From an uncultured Nitrososphaerota archaeon (GTDB taxonomy: Archaea; Korarchaeota; Korarchaeia; Korarchaeales; Korarchaeaceae), in contig CAZQNA010000004.1 in the NCBI GenBank assembly GCA_964594835.1, forward strand, positions 64,001 to 128,000: a stretch of DNA of 64,000 nucleotides. Direction: 5' to 3'. The notes beneath the pieces were generated by a model. The model was not told where the DNA came from. It saw nothing but the letters and a program-made list of their open reading frames with translations, and searched no databases. Position numbers and translations under genes: made by a program. Every line of letters begins with the position of its first letter. The first letter of the stretch is position 1. Below, piece by piece: positions 53,894-62,494 of this stretch.

Positions 53894-54694
53894 ATGCCCC
53901 TGAAGTTCGGCGCCATGAACAATCCTGCCAACGACGTGCTCGACGACGTCAGGGCTCTCCTGAGCCTTGACCTAGACTACATTGAGCTGACGGTGGAGTG
54001 GCCCGGCGCTGGGCTGGACAGGGTGAGGGAGGCCGCCCGCGAGATATCCGACATCCTGTCGACGGCCGACCTGGACGTGGTGCTCCACGCCCCCTGGTAC
54101 CTAGAGATAGCCAGCCCGTACGAGGGGGTGAGGGAGGGGGCTATGAGGTACGCCGAGGATCTCCTGACCCTGGCCGCGGAGCTGGACGCGCCATTCCTGA
54201 CGATACACCCGTACACGCCCGGCTGGCTCTCTAGGTACAGGGAAGAGGCCAGGAGGCTCAACCTCGAGGCCATGAGGAGGCTGTCGGCCAAGGGCCTAGA
54301 GGTCGGGGTCAGGGTCCACGTGGAGAACGTGGACCACGGCGCCTTCAGCTCGGTCTCCGACATTCTCTACCTCCTGGGCGCCCTCCCGGAGCTGGGGTTC
54401 ACGCTGGACCTGGGCCACGCTTTCTTGGGTGGGGTGGAGAAGGTCCAGTCCTACATCGAGAAGGCGGCGAGCAGGATACTGCACGTCCACGCCCACGACA
54501 ACCACGGCAAGGGGGACGACCACATGCCCATCGGCGCCGGGAGGCTCCCCTGGGACAGGGTGCTCGCCCTCCTCAGGGGGACAGGTTACGAGGGGACGGT
54601 CACGCTGGAGATACACTCCAGCGACTTGGAGTACGTGGAGATATCGAGGAGGAAGTTCCTGGAGCACTGGGAGGCGGGGGGTGAGCGGGGCTGA
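53894..54694 (+). CDS. sugar phosphate isomerase/epimerase (AP endonuclease 2/xylose isomerase-like TIM barrel)
   Basis: 'LHAP', 'IHP', 'VEN', 'LDLGHA', 'HVHAHDN.G..D.H...G.G', 'LEI'. Confidence 0.85.
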   Translation: MPLKFGAMNNPANDVLDDVRALLSLDLDYIELTVEWPGAGLDRVREAAREISDILSTADLDVVLHAPWYLEIASPYEGVREGAMRYAEDLLTLAAELDAPFLTIHPYTPGWLSRYREEARRLNLEAMRRLSAKGLEVGVRVHVENVDHGAFSSVSDILYLLGALPELGFTLDLGHAFLGGVEKVQSYIEKAASRILHVHAHDNHGKGDDHMPIGAGRLPWDRVLALLRGTGYEGTVTLEIHSSDLEYVEISRRKFLEHWEAGGERG

Positions 54695-54705
54695 GGATCG
54701 ATAGG

Positions 54706-55533
54706 GTGGCATTCGTGGCCTCTAGGGTCGATCCGGCTGCCAACCTGATGGCGGAGGAGCTCCTGGCAGAGGTGGGGGACGAGGAGTTCAGGGTGGGCCG
54801 AGTGAGGGCCTGGCTCTCTCGCCCCGACGGGGAGGTCCTAAACGTCAGGAGCGAGGGCGAGCTGGGGGCCGACGGGGCGGACCTGATCGTCATACTGTCG
54901 AGGCACAGCGGGGTCCCGGGGACCCCCGTGGTGACCACGCACGTGCCGGGCAACTTCGGGCCCGCGCCCTTTGGCGGGGAGCCCGAGACCCTCTCGACGG
55001 CCTGCCCCCCATTCATGAAGGAGTTCCTCCGTGCGGCGGCCAGCGGGGCCCGGGAGATCGGGTTCGAGCCCGCCCAGGAGCCCACGCACCACGGCCCCAC
55101 CCTGGGCACCCCGCTGGCGTTCGTCGAGGTGGGGTCCAGGCCGGAGCACTGGGAGGTGAGGGAGGCGGCCAGGGTGGTCGTCAGGGCGTCTCTGGAGGCG
55201 CTCAGGAGGCTGGGCGAGCTGGGATCGGAGGGGGAGTCTGGGGGGTACACCCTGGCGGTGGGGTTCGGCGGTCCCCACATAAACCGCTACTTCACGGAGA
55301 TCCAGATGAGGTCCTCCTACCTCGCCGTCGGGCACATACTCAGGAGACACGACGCGGCAGCCGCCACGGAGAGGACGATAGCCCTGGCCTTCGAGAGGAA
55401 CTGCGGGCGGACAGACACAGCCATCGTCGACTGGAAGGGGCTCAGGGGTGAGGAGAGGTCCAGGATACTGGAGGTGCTGAGGGACCTCGGGGTGACCGTT
55501 CTGAGGGCGAGGAAGGTTGCCCACTCGCTCTGA
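54706..55533 (+). CDS. dtdA: D-aminoacyl-tRNA deacylase (DTD2, archaeal type)
   Basis: 'S..DPA..', 'LSRHS', 'TTHVPGN', 'E.THHGP', 'FVEVGS', 'GFGGPH', 'DWKG'. Confidence 0.88.
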   Translation: MAFVASRVDPAANLMAEELLAEVGDEEFRVGRVRAWLSRPDGEVLNVRSEGELGADGADLIVILSRHSGVPGTPVVTTHVPGNFGPAPFGGEPETLSTACPPFMKEFLRAAASGAREIGFEPAQEPTHHGPTLGTPLAFVEVGSRPEHWEVREAARVVVRASLEALRRLGELGSEGESGGYTLAVGFGGPHINRYFTEIQMRSSYLAVGHILRRHDAAAATERTIALAFERNCGRTDTAIVDWKGLRGEERSRILEVLRDLGVTVLRARKVAHSL

Positions 55534-55927
55534 CCCCAGGGTGGGGCGCCTCCCCGATCGCGGGGGGAGGCCGGGCCCGAGGTACAAGACCCTCTTCATG
55601 TTCGACCGGACCGTCCCCAGGGACCTCTACTACTCCGTTCAGAGGAGGCTCAACTACATGGGCTACGGGGCCGTCTGGGCCCCGAGGTCGGCGGTCAGGG
55701 GCAAGAGGAGCCCGGAGGAGCTGGTGGACTACTGCCTCCACAGGGGCATATTGGTCCTGGCCACCTTCGACAGGAGGGCCCGGCTGCCCGAGCGGGCCAG
55801 GGGCAGGCTGGCCCTGCTTAGGCTGAGGGGCGGGAGGTCCTGCACCGTCAACAAGATAGTGGCCAGCATCTTCGCGGCGGCGAGGGACCTCAGGGGCACT
55901 CCGTCAAGCGAGAGGCTGGACTGCTGA
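55517..55927 (+). CDS. small PIN-like protein (DUF5615/Mut7-C N-terminal type)
   Basis: 'FMFD..VP......L..MG..AV........ELV.YC......LATFDR' pattern. Confidence 0.55.
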   Translation: MPTRSDPRVGRLPDRGGRPGPRYKTLFMFDRTVPRDLYYSVQRRLNYMGYGAVWAPRSAVRGKRSPEELVDYCLHRGILVLATFDRRARLPERARGRLALLRLRGGRSCTVNKIVASIFAAARDLRGTPSSERLDC

Positions 55928-56001
55928 GGAGGACGGCGACCGGGGCACCGAACTTATATATTGTGTCCCCGAGGCGGCCGAGAGGAGGGGAAGGAGGGCC
56001 G

Positions 56002-56319
56002 GTGTTCGGCTCTAGGTCGTCGGCTGAGGAGGACTCACAGGTCTCGGAGAAGGAGGTTCGCGTAGTCAGACTGGTTCTCGACATCGTCAAACCCCACAAC
56101 CCAACGATAATCGAGCTCGCAGAGGCTCTGAACGAGCTGCCCGGCGTCTTCAAGGTGGAGATCGACGTCCAGGACTACGACACCAACATCGAGCGCCTGA
56201 AGGTCATACTGGAGGGGGAGGACCTGGACTACGAGGAGATAAGCAGGGTGGTCAAGTACTACGGCGGGAACATCGCCAGCCTGGACGGGGTGACCTCCAC
56301 CTCGGAGGAGTCCGATTAG
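56002..56319 (+). CDS. DUF211 family protein
   Basis: 'RLVLDIVKPH.P.I.ELA..L', 'EG.DLDY', 'GG...S.D.V'; GTG at 56002 follows AGGAGG. Confidence 0.8.
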   Translation: MFGSRSSAEEDSQVSEKEVRVVRLVLDIVKPHNPTIIELAEALNELPGVFKVEIDVQDYDTNIERLKVILEGEDLDYEEISRVVKYYGGNIASLDGVTSTSEESD

Positions 56320-56381
56320 GCCGCTCGAGCCCTGTCCCGCCAGAACTCCTTATAACCCGCCGCGCCGCCGGCGGCGCCGAG

Positions 56382-57713
56382 ATGGGGAGCCCAGCCAGGG
56401 TGTACATCGAGACCCACGGCTGCACGGCCAACAGGGCGGACTCCGACGTGATGGCCGCCCTGCTCCAGGGGGCGGGCTACGAGCTGGTGGGCTCCCCCGA
56501 GGAGGCCGACGTGATCGTCCTCAACACGTGCAACGTGAAGAAGCCGACGGAGGACAGGATGGCGCACAGGATCTCCCGACTGGCTGAGCTCGGCAGGCCC
56601 GTGGTGGCCGCGGGCTGCATGGCGCTGACCCAGCCCTCGAGGCTAAGGGATCACGCCACAGTACTCCTGGGGCCGAAGTCCATTCACAGGATAGTGGAGG
56701 CGGTTGACCTAGCGAGGAGGGGCTCGAGGGCGGAGTTCCGCGACACGTCCCCCATAGACAAGGCCGCCCTCCCGAGGAGGCTGGGGTCGGGCGTGTCGGC
56801 CCCCCTGCCGATAGCCGAGGGGTGCCTTGGGGCCTGCACCTTCTGCATAACCAGGTTCGCCCGCGGGAGACTCAGGAGCTTCTCCCCCCGCCTCATAGTC
56901 GAGAGGGCCTCTGAGTTCCTCCGGGCGGGGGCGGTCGAGCTCCAGATAACCGCCCAGGACACGGCCGCATACGGTCGGGACATAGGGTGGGACCTCCCGA
57001 GGCTCCTCAGGAGTCTCCTGGAGCTGCCGGGGGAGTACAGGGTCAGGGTGGGCATGGCGAACCCGAACACCCTGGCCAGGGTGGTGGACGACCTCCTGGG
57101 GGTCATGGGGGACCCCCGGGTCTACAGGTTCCTGCACGTCCCGGTCCAGAGCGGGAGCGACGAGGTTCTGAGGAGGATGGCCAGGGGCTACAGGGCGTCG
57201 CTCTTTGAGGAGATCGCCTCCAAGTTCCGGACTGCCTTCCGAGACACAACGCTCGCCACCGACGTGATAGTGGGCTTCCCGGGGGAGACCGAGGACGACT
57301 TCGAGTCGACCCTGAGGCTGCTCGAGAGGACGAGGCCCGAGATCGTCAACGTGAGCAGGTACGGACCCAGGCCCGGGACCCTCGCATCCAGGTGGAGGCC
57401 CCCAGACCCCAGGGAGGTCAAGAGGCGCAGCAGGACGCTCTTCTCCCTGGTCAGAGAGCTGGGCCTGAGGGCAAACGAGGCCTACGTGGGCAGGGAGCTC
57501 ACGGCGCTCGCACTGGAGCGTGGCCCCAAGGGGTACCAGGGGAGGACTGACTTCTACAGGCCCGTGGCCCTGCTCGGGGATGACGTGAGGCTCGGGGTCT
57601 TCTACGACGTCGTCGTCGAGGAGGCCAGACCCAGCTACTTGGTCGCCAGGGTGCTGGCCGCCAGGGAGCCTGCCGCCCCGACCGCGGGGGGAGCTCACTC
57701 GGTTGGGAAGTAG
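56382..57713 (+). CDS. mtaB: tRNA t6A methylthiotransferase (archaeal MtaB/CDKAL1-type MiaB-like radical SAM)
   Basis: UPF0004 'ET.GC..N..D', 'NTC.VK..TE', 'GC'; 'EGCLGACTFC'; 'PVQSGSD'; 'IVGFPGET'; TRAM domain. Confidence 0.88.
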   Translation: MGSPARVYIETHGCTANRADSDVMAALLQGAGYELVGSPEEADVIVLNTCNVKKPTEDRMAHRISRLAELGRPVVAAGCMALTQPSRLRDHATVLLGPKSIHRIVEAVDLARRGSRAEFRDTSPIDKAALPRRLGSGVSAPLPIAEGCLGACTFCITRFARGRLRSFSPRLIVERASEFLRAGAVELQITAQDTAAYGRDIGWDLPRLLRSLLELPGEYRVRVGMANPNTLARVVDDLLGVMGDPRVYRFLHVPVQSGSDEVLRRMARGYRASLFEEIASKFRTAFRDTTLATDVIVGFPGETEDDFESTLRLLERTRPEIVNVSRYGPRPGTLASRWRPPDPREVKRRSRTLFSLVRELGLRANEAYVGRELTALALERGPKGYQGRTDFYRPVALLGDDVRLGVFYDVVVEEARPSYLVARVLAAREPAAPTAGGAHSVGK

Positions 57714-58789
57714 TCGTATATGGGCCACTGGGCCGGCCTGAACCCCTCCGCGGCCTCCGGCTCCTTGAGCACGAGGACGTAGAGGTTGCTGGAGTAGCCG
57801 ACGACCCTGTCCGCGAGTTCGGGCCTGCCCATCTCCTGGGCGACCTCCTCTGCCAGCCAGTATATCGGGCTGTCCCTTGCCACCACGTATCGGTTCAGTC
57901 CCACGACCACCCTCTCAACCGCGAAGCCCATCTCACCGAAGCTCCTGAACACCCGGCTCATGTGAGAGCCGAGCTCGTCGGGCAGCAGGCAGACGTACCC
58001 CCTCCTCCCCCTCTCCTTCACCAGGGCCTCCCAGCCCCTCAGGGTGAAGGTCTGGACGCCCGGGAGCGTGTACGTGGGGTCCGCCAAGAAGACGTCGTGC
58101 CGATCCCTGAGCCCCTTGGGGATCGGCCTGGTCAGGTCGTGCCTGACGACCCTGATGTCCAGCCCCCTCTCCCTCGCCAGGTCCTCTATCCTCCTGATCA
58201 CCCTCTCGTCTAGCTCGAAGACCGTCACCCTGACGTCGAAGCTGCTGGCGAGGACCAGGCTCTGAAAGTCGTCGTCTCCCATGATCGCCACGCTCTTCCC
58301 GTCCAGGGGAACGTCCGAGGCCACCTCACTCAGCCTCCTGAGGAGGCTCTCCCTAGACACCTGGAGCTGGTCGAACTCGTAGTTGACCTCTATCCTGGGC
58401 ACGAGTTCGACGGCGGACTCGTCCGGCGCCTGCCTGCCGAACGGGTTGACCCTGAACCTCACCCCACCGTCGTCGTCAACCTCGGCCAGGCCGGACTCCT
58501 CCAGGGCCCTCGCCAGGTTAAGGGCCCTCTCGGGTATCAGGGGCCCCTCCCTCACGAGCCTGTCCAGGCGACCGAGCCTGAAGAGCCGGTACGCCAGGAC
58601 CTCGAACTCGAAGGGAGACAGTCTGTGGACCCTCTCCCAGGACACCCTGCCCTCCTCGGGGGACTTCCTCCCGTAGACTGTGCCGGCCGCCTTGACCGTG
58701 GACTCCAGGTCGTACTTGGAGAAGAGCAGGAAGGCCCTCCTCAGCGCCTCCCGGCCAGGCGGGTGACCCCCATCCAACCGCCCACTCAT
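57695..58789 (-). CDS. bpsA: branched-chain polyamine synthase BpsA family (DUF43) aminopropyltransferase
   Basis: N-terminal winged helix, 'FDQ', 'L.GK....GDDD..S', 'ELD.R', 'HDL..PIP', 'DP..T..G...F..RG', 'N.Y'. Confidence 0.75.
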   Translation of the reverse strand: MSGRLDGGHPPGREALRRAFLLFSKYDLESTVKAAGTVYGRKSPEEGRVSWERVHRLSPFEFEVLAYRLFRLGRLDRLVREGPLIPERALNLARALEESGLAEVDDDGGVRFRVNPFGRQAPDESAVELVPRIEVNYEFDQLQVSRESLLRRLSEVASDVPLDGKSVAIMGDDDFQSLVLASSFDVRVTVFELDERVIRRIEDLARERGLDIRVVRHDLTRPIPKGLRDRHDVFLADPTYTLPGVQTFTLRGWEALVKERGRRGYVCLLPDELGSHMSRVFRSFGEMGFAVERVVVGLNRYVVARDSPIYWLAEEVAQEMGRPELADRVVGYSSNLYVLVLKEPEAAEGFRPAQWPIYDYFPTE

Positions 58790-59157
58790 CTCCCCTGTCT
58801 TTCTCGGGCCCTGCCGGTCTTTATCTCGACGACGCTGTCGTTCTCTGGTCTAAGCCTCTCTCTCAGGAACTCCAGGGCCCTCTCCTGCCAGTCCGACCTC
58901 CCGGGGGCGAAGTCGACTATGTTCACCGTGGCGTAGTCGTGCTCGGGCCAGGTGTGAAGGGCGACGTAGCCCCTCTCAGTGAGCAGGAGGGAGCTAACGC
59001 CGTAGGGCTCGAACTCGTGCACGTGAAGGGCCTTGACCTCGAGCCCGAGAGCCCTCGCGAGGTCCCTCAGCATGGACTCCATCAGGGCGGGGGAGTCGAG
59101 CGCCTCGGACTCCCCCACGTTGTAGAACTCCACAATCACGTGGCTCTCCAGCGACAT
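58786..59157 (-). CDS. S-adenosylmethionine decarboxylase (SpeD/SpeH class 1B) homologue lacking the pyruvoyl-forming Ser
   Basis: 'H.IVEFY', 'H.F.P.GVS', 'HTWPE..YA.V' conserved, but the ESH cleavage site reads RGY and the TCG motif is absent. Confidence 0.8.
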   Translation of the reverse strand: MSLESHVIVEFYNVGESEALDSPALMESMLRDLARALGLEVKALHVHEFEPYGVSSLLLTERGYVALHTWPEHDYATVNIVDFAPGRSDWQERALEFLRERLRPENDSVVEIKTGRARERQGR

Positions 59158-59204
59158 CCCGTTTTACCGGATCTCTCGCCCTAAAAAAGGCTCGGGGGCG
59201 GGGT

Positions 59205-59870
59205 CTACAGCCCCGCGGAGGAGCCGGGGGACAGCTCGATGACCTCGACGTCCAGCCCCCTGGCCTTGACCTCCTCTCTGAGCTGACCTGGGGTTCCCCA
59301 TAGGACGGGGAACGTCCCGTAGTGAATCGGCAGGACCCGCGGGCTCCCCAGCATCTCCAGCGCCTTACCGGCCTCCCTCGGACCCATGGTGAAGTGGCCG
59401 CCTATCGGGAGGATGGCGAGCTCCGGGGAGTAGAGCTCTCCGATGAGGCTCATCCCCGGGAAGATCCCAGTGTCCCCCGCGTGGTACACCGTGAGCCCGT
59501 CGGGGAACTTCACCACGGCCCCCGTGGGGGCCCCGAGCGGGGAGCTGTGGAGAGCCTCGGTCAGGACTACCTCGACGTCCCCGACCTTGAAGGGCCCGCC
59601 TATGTTCGCCCCGACCGCGTCGGCCCCCCTCTCCGAGGCGTGGTTCGCCAGCTCGAATATCCCCACGACCTTGCCGCCCCTCTCCTTGGAGAGCCTTATC
59701 GCGTCTTCGAGCCCGTGATCTCCGTGTCCGTGCGTGACGACGTACGCCAACACGTCCCCCGGCACCTCTACGCCCCTCGGATACGCCGGGTTGTCCCTTA
59801 TCCACGGGTCGAACAGGACCCTGACGCCCCCGGACTCGACCAGGACGTTAGCGTGGCCTAGGAATGCCAC
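59205..59870 (-). CDS. UPF0173 metal-dependent hydrolase (MBL fold)
   Basis: 'LGHA', 'DPW', THGHGDH, 'AxHS', 'YHAGDT', 'LPIGGHFTMG', 'PIHYGTFP'. Confidence 0.9.
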   Translation of the reverse strand: MAFLGHANVLVESGGVRVLFDPWIRDNPAYPRGVEVPGDVLAYVVTHGHGDHGLEDAIRLSKERGGKVVGIFELANHASERGADAVGANIGGPFKVGDVEVVLTEALHSSPLGAPTGAVVKFPDGLTVYHAGDTGIFPGMSLIGELYSPELAILPIGGHFTMGPREAGKALEMLGSPRVLPIHYGTFPVLWGTPGQLREEVKARGLDVEVIELSPGSSAGL

Positions 59871-59926
59871 CCTACCCAGGACCCATCACCCCCCGGGCCC
59901 CTCCAGACCCCAAATTTAATCGAGAC

Positions 59927-60550
59927 TCAGCGGTCCCCGCGTTTCAGGAGCGAGAGGAGTGCGGAGACGATGCCCAGCCTAACCTCGGGGTCCCGCTCCC
60001 TGGGGAGCAGGCTGGCCAGCTCGGAGGTCACCCTGTCCCTTAGGTCCCCCCGCGACGCCGCGATCCCCCACAGGCTGCCCAGCGCCGCGAGGCGGACCCT
60101 CCTGACCTCTCTCCCCGTCCTCAGCACCTCAAGGAGCTTATCCAGCGCGGCCTCCTCTCCCCCCTCCGCGAGCGCCCCCAGGACCTTTACGGCCGCGACC
60201 CTCAGGTCTGGCTCCACGCGATCGAGCCATCGGAGGGCGGATCTTAGGGCCTCCCCCCCGGCCCGGGGAGCAGAGTCCACGAGCAGGACCGTGGCGGCCG
60301 CCCTAAGCCCCCGTTCCCAACCCTCGAACTCCTCGTCCACGATCCTCGACAGGTCCTCCCAGCCCGAGAGATACGCCAGGCATAGCCTGGCGAAGGACTC
60401 GCCACCGGCCGTTCTGGCCCTGGGGACCTCCCCCCTGGAGACGGCCCGAGCTATCTCCGACAGCTCCTCCACGTCGACCGTCTCTCCGTCGCTCGCCGAC
60501 GCGGCTTCGGCCGCGAGGCGTAGGATTTCGGCGAGGCTCTCGTCGCTCAA
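59927..60550 (-). CDS. HEAT-repeat-like helical protein
   Basis: Repeated 'LRVAAVKVLG', 'VRLAALGSL', 'DPEVRLGIVSAL'. Confidence 0.6.
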   Translation of the reverse strand: MSDESLAEILRLAAEAASASDGETVDVEELSEIARAVSRGEVPRARTAGGESFARLCLAYLSGWEDLSRIVDEEFEGWERGLRAAATVLLVDSAPRAGGEALRSALRWLDRVEPDLRVAAVKVLGALAEGGEEAALDKLLEVLRTGREVRRVRLAALGSLWGIAASRGDLRDRVTSELASLLPRERDPEVRLGIVSALLSLLKRGDR

Positions 60551-60727
60551 GTCGCTCCCTCCAAAAAACTCTTAACGGTGATGATGGGAAAATACGATCT
60601 CTCAGAGGTCAACTCGGCGCCATGGAGTGTCAAAAGGCCCGACAGACTTTAATTACTTATCGCGGGGGGATAGTGGAAATCGGCCCGCCACCCGCTCAGA
60701 CCGGCGGGCGGAGGGAGTTGGGGAGAT

Positions 60728-62440
60728 ATGGTGGAACAGAGCGTAGCAGGGAGGGTAATCAGGGTAGCAGAGAGAGACATACCCATAGGGGGGCCCTCGC
60801 CTCCGATTAGGGAGGGAGAGAAACTTCTGAGGAGGACGCTGTCACTCTGCCCCGAGTGCTACAGGCTTCTTCCGGCCGTGGTGTTCGAGAGGGACGGCAA
60901 GGTATTCATAAGGAGGGTCTGCCCGGAGCACGGGGAGGTCGAGGAGCTCTACTGGGGGGACGCCGGGTTCTACGAGAGGGCCCTCGGGTTCGAGGCCCCG
61001 CCCATGAGGATAGAGCCCATCGTCCCAATGACGGCCCCGTGCCCCTTCAGCTGCGGGCTCTGCCCGGCCCACGGCGACATGACCGCGCTGGCCAACATAG
61101 TCCTCACCAACAGGTGCAACCTCGACTGCTGGTACTGCTTCTTCTACGCCGAGAGGGCTGGCTTCGTGTACGAGCCCTCGCTTGAGCAGATCAGGCGCAT
61201 GATCCGCGTACTCAGGAGCGAGAGGCCAGTCCCCGGGCTGGCGGTCCAGCTGACCGGGGGAGAGCCGACCCTGAGGGACGACCTGGTGGACATAATCAAG
61301 ATGATCAAGGAGGAGGGCGTCAGGCACATTCAGCTGAACACCCACGGCATAACCTTCTTGAAGAGGCCCGAGCTCATGAGGCAGGTCAGGGAGGCCGGGG
61401 TCAACACGATGTACCTCAGCTTCGACGGCGTCACGCCGAGGACCAACGTGAAGAACCACTGGGAGATGCCCTACATCCTCGACATCGCCAGGAAGTCCGG
61501 CATGACGAGCATAGTCCTCGTCCCCACCGTGATAAACGGGTTCAACACCCAGGAACTCGGGGACATAATCAGGTTCGCCGCCCTCAACATAGACGTCATC
61601 AGGGGGGTCAACTTCCAGCCCATATCCCTGACGGGCAGGGTCCCCAGGTCCGAGAGGGAGAGGCTCAGGATCACCATCCCCGACGTCATCAGGCTCATCG
61701 AGGAGCAGACCGACGGCCAGATCCCGATGGACTCGTGGTACCCCATCCCGTTCGTAACGTTCCTAAGCGACCTCGTCGAGGCCCTGACGGGCAAGCCCCA
61801 GTTCAGAATGACGAATCACCCCGCCTGCGGGGCCGCGACGTATGCGTTCCCCGAGTACGAGCGCGTCGACGGAGAGAGGCGGGTGAAGAGGTTCGTCCCG
61901 ATCACGGACTTCATAGACGTGGAGGGGTTCAGGGAGTACGTCCTGGAGAAGGTGGAGGAGCTCAGGTCGGGGGCCAACAGGTGGGTCACGCTCCTCAAGA
62001 TAGCGGCCAACCTCTCTAGGTTCATCGACAGGGAGAGGCAGCCGGAGGGCATCAACGTCCTCTCCCTGATGAGGCAGGTGCTCATGAGGAGGAACTACGA
62101 CGCCCTGGCGGAGTTCCACTACAAGTCCCTCTTCCTAGGGATGATGCACTTCATGGACCTCTACAACTACGACGTCCAGAGGGTCATGAGGTGCAACATA
62201 CACTACCTCTCCCCGGACGGCAGGGTCATCCCGTTCTGCACGTTCAACGTACTCCCCGACCTCTACAGGGACTACGTTCAGAGACAGTACGGCGTCCCAC
62301 TGGAGGAGTACGCCAAGGCGCACGGGACCGGGGCCATCGGACCCGAGAGCAAGTACAGGAGGGACGTGAAGAGGCTCGAGTCGGGAGAACCCTACAAGAG
62401 GACCTACGCCCCCTTCATGCACCTGTGGAGGGAGTCCTGA
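60728..62440 (+). CDS. tes: tetraether lipid synthase (Tes/GDGT-MAS, MJ0619 family radical SAM)
   Basis: N-terminal 'SLCPEC..CPEHG', 'CPFSCGLC..H', 'TNRCNLDCWYCF', 'GGEPT', 'NFQP', 'HP.CG', 'MHFMD.YNYD..R..RC.IHY', 'IPFC'. Confidence 0.9.
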   Translation: MVEQSVAGRVIRVAERDIPIGGPSPPIREGEKLLRRTLSLCPECYRLLPAVVFERDGKVFIRRVCPEHGEVEELYWGDAGFYERALGFEAPPMRIEPIVPMTAPCPFSCGLCPAHGDMTALANIVLTNRCNLDCWYCFFYAERAGFVYEPSLEQIRRMIRVLRSERPVPGLAVQLTGGEPTLRDDLVDIIKMIKEEGVRHIQLNTHGITFLKRPELMRQVREAGVNTMYLSFDGVTPRTNVKNHWEMPYILDIARKSGMTSIVLVPTVINGFNTQELGDIIRFAALNIDVIRGVNFQPISLTGRVPRSERERLRITIPDVIRLIEEQTDGQIPMDSWYPIPFVTFLSDLVEALTGKPQFRMTNHPACGAATYAFPEYERVDGERRVKRFVPITDFIDVEGFREYVLEKVEELRSGANRWVTLLKIAANLSRFIDRERQPEGINVLSLMRQVLMRRNYDALAEFHYKSLFLGMMHFMDLYNYDVQRVMRCNIHYLSPDGRVIPFCTFNVLPDLYRDYVQRQYGVPLEEYAKAHGTGAIGPESKYRRDVKRLESGEPYKRTYAPFMHLWRES

Positions 62441-62494
62441 CACCCTCGGCGGCCTCCACACCCCTCTCTTTCTCTGGACGTCCAAGTCGGGAGC

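Noticed and set aside
60578-60645. Possible C/D-box sRNA (GTGATGA) upstream of tes
   Set aside because: No convincing CTGA D-box or C'/D' pair at the right spacing; cannot be supported without a covariance search.
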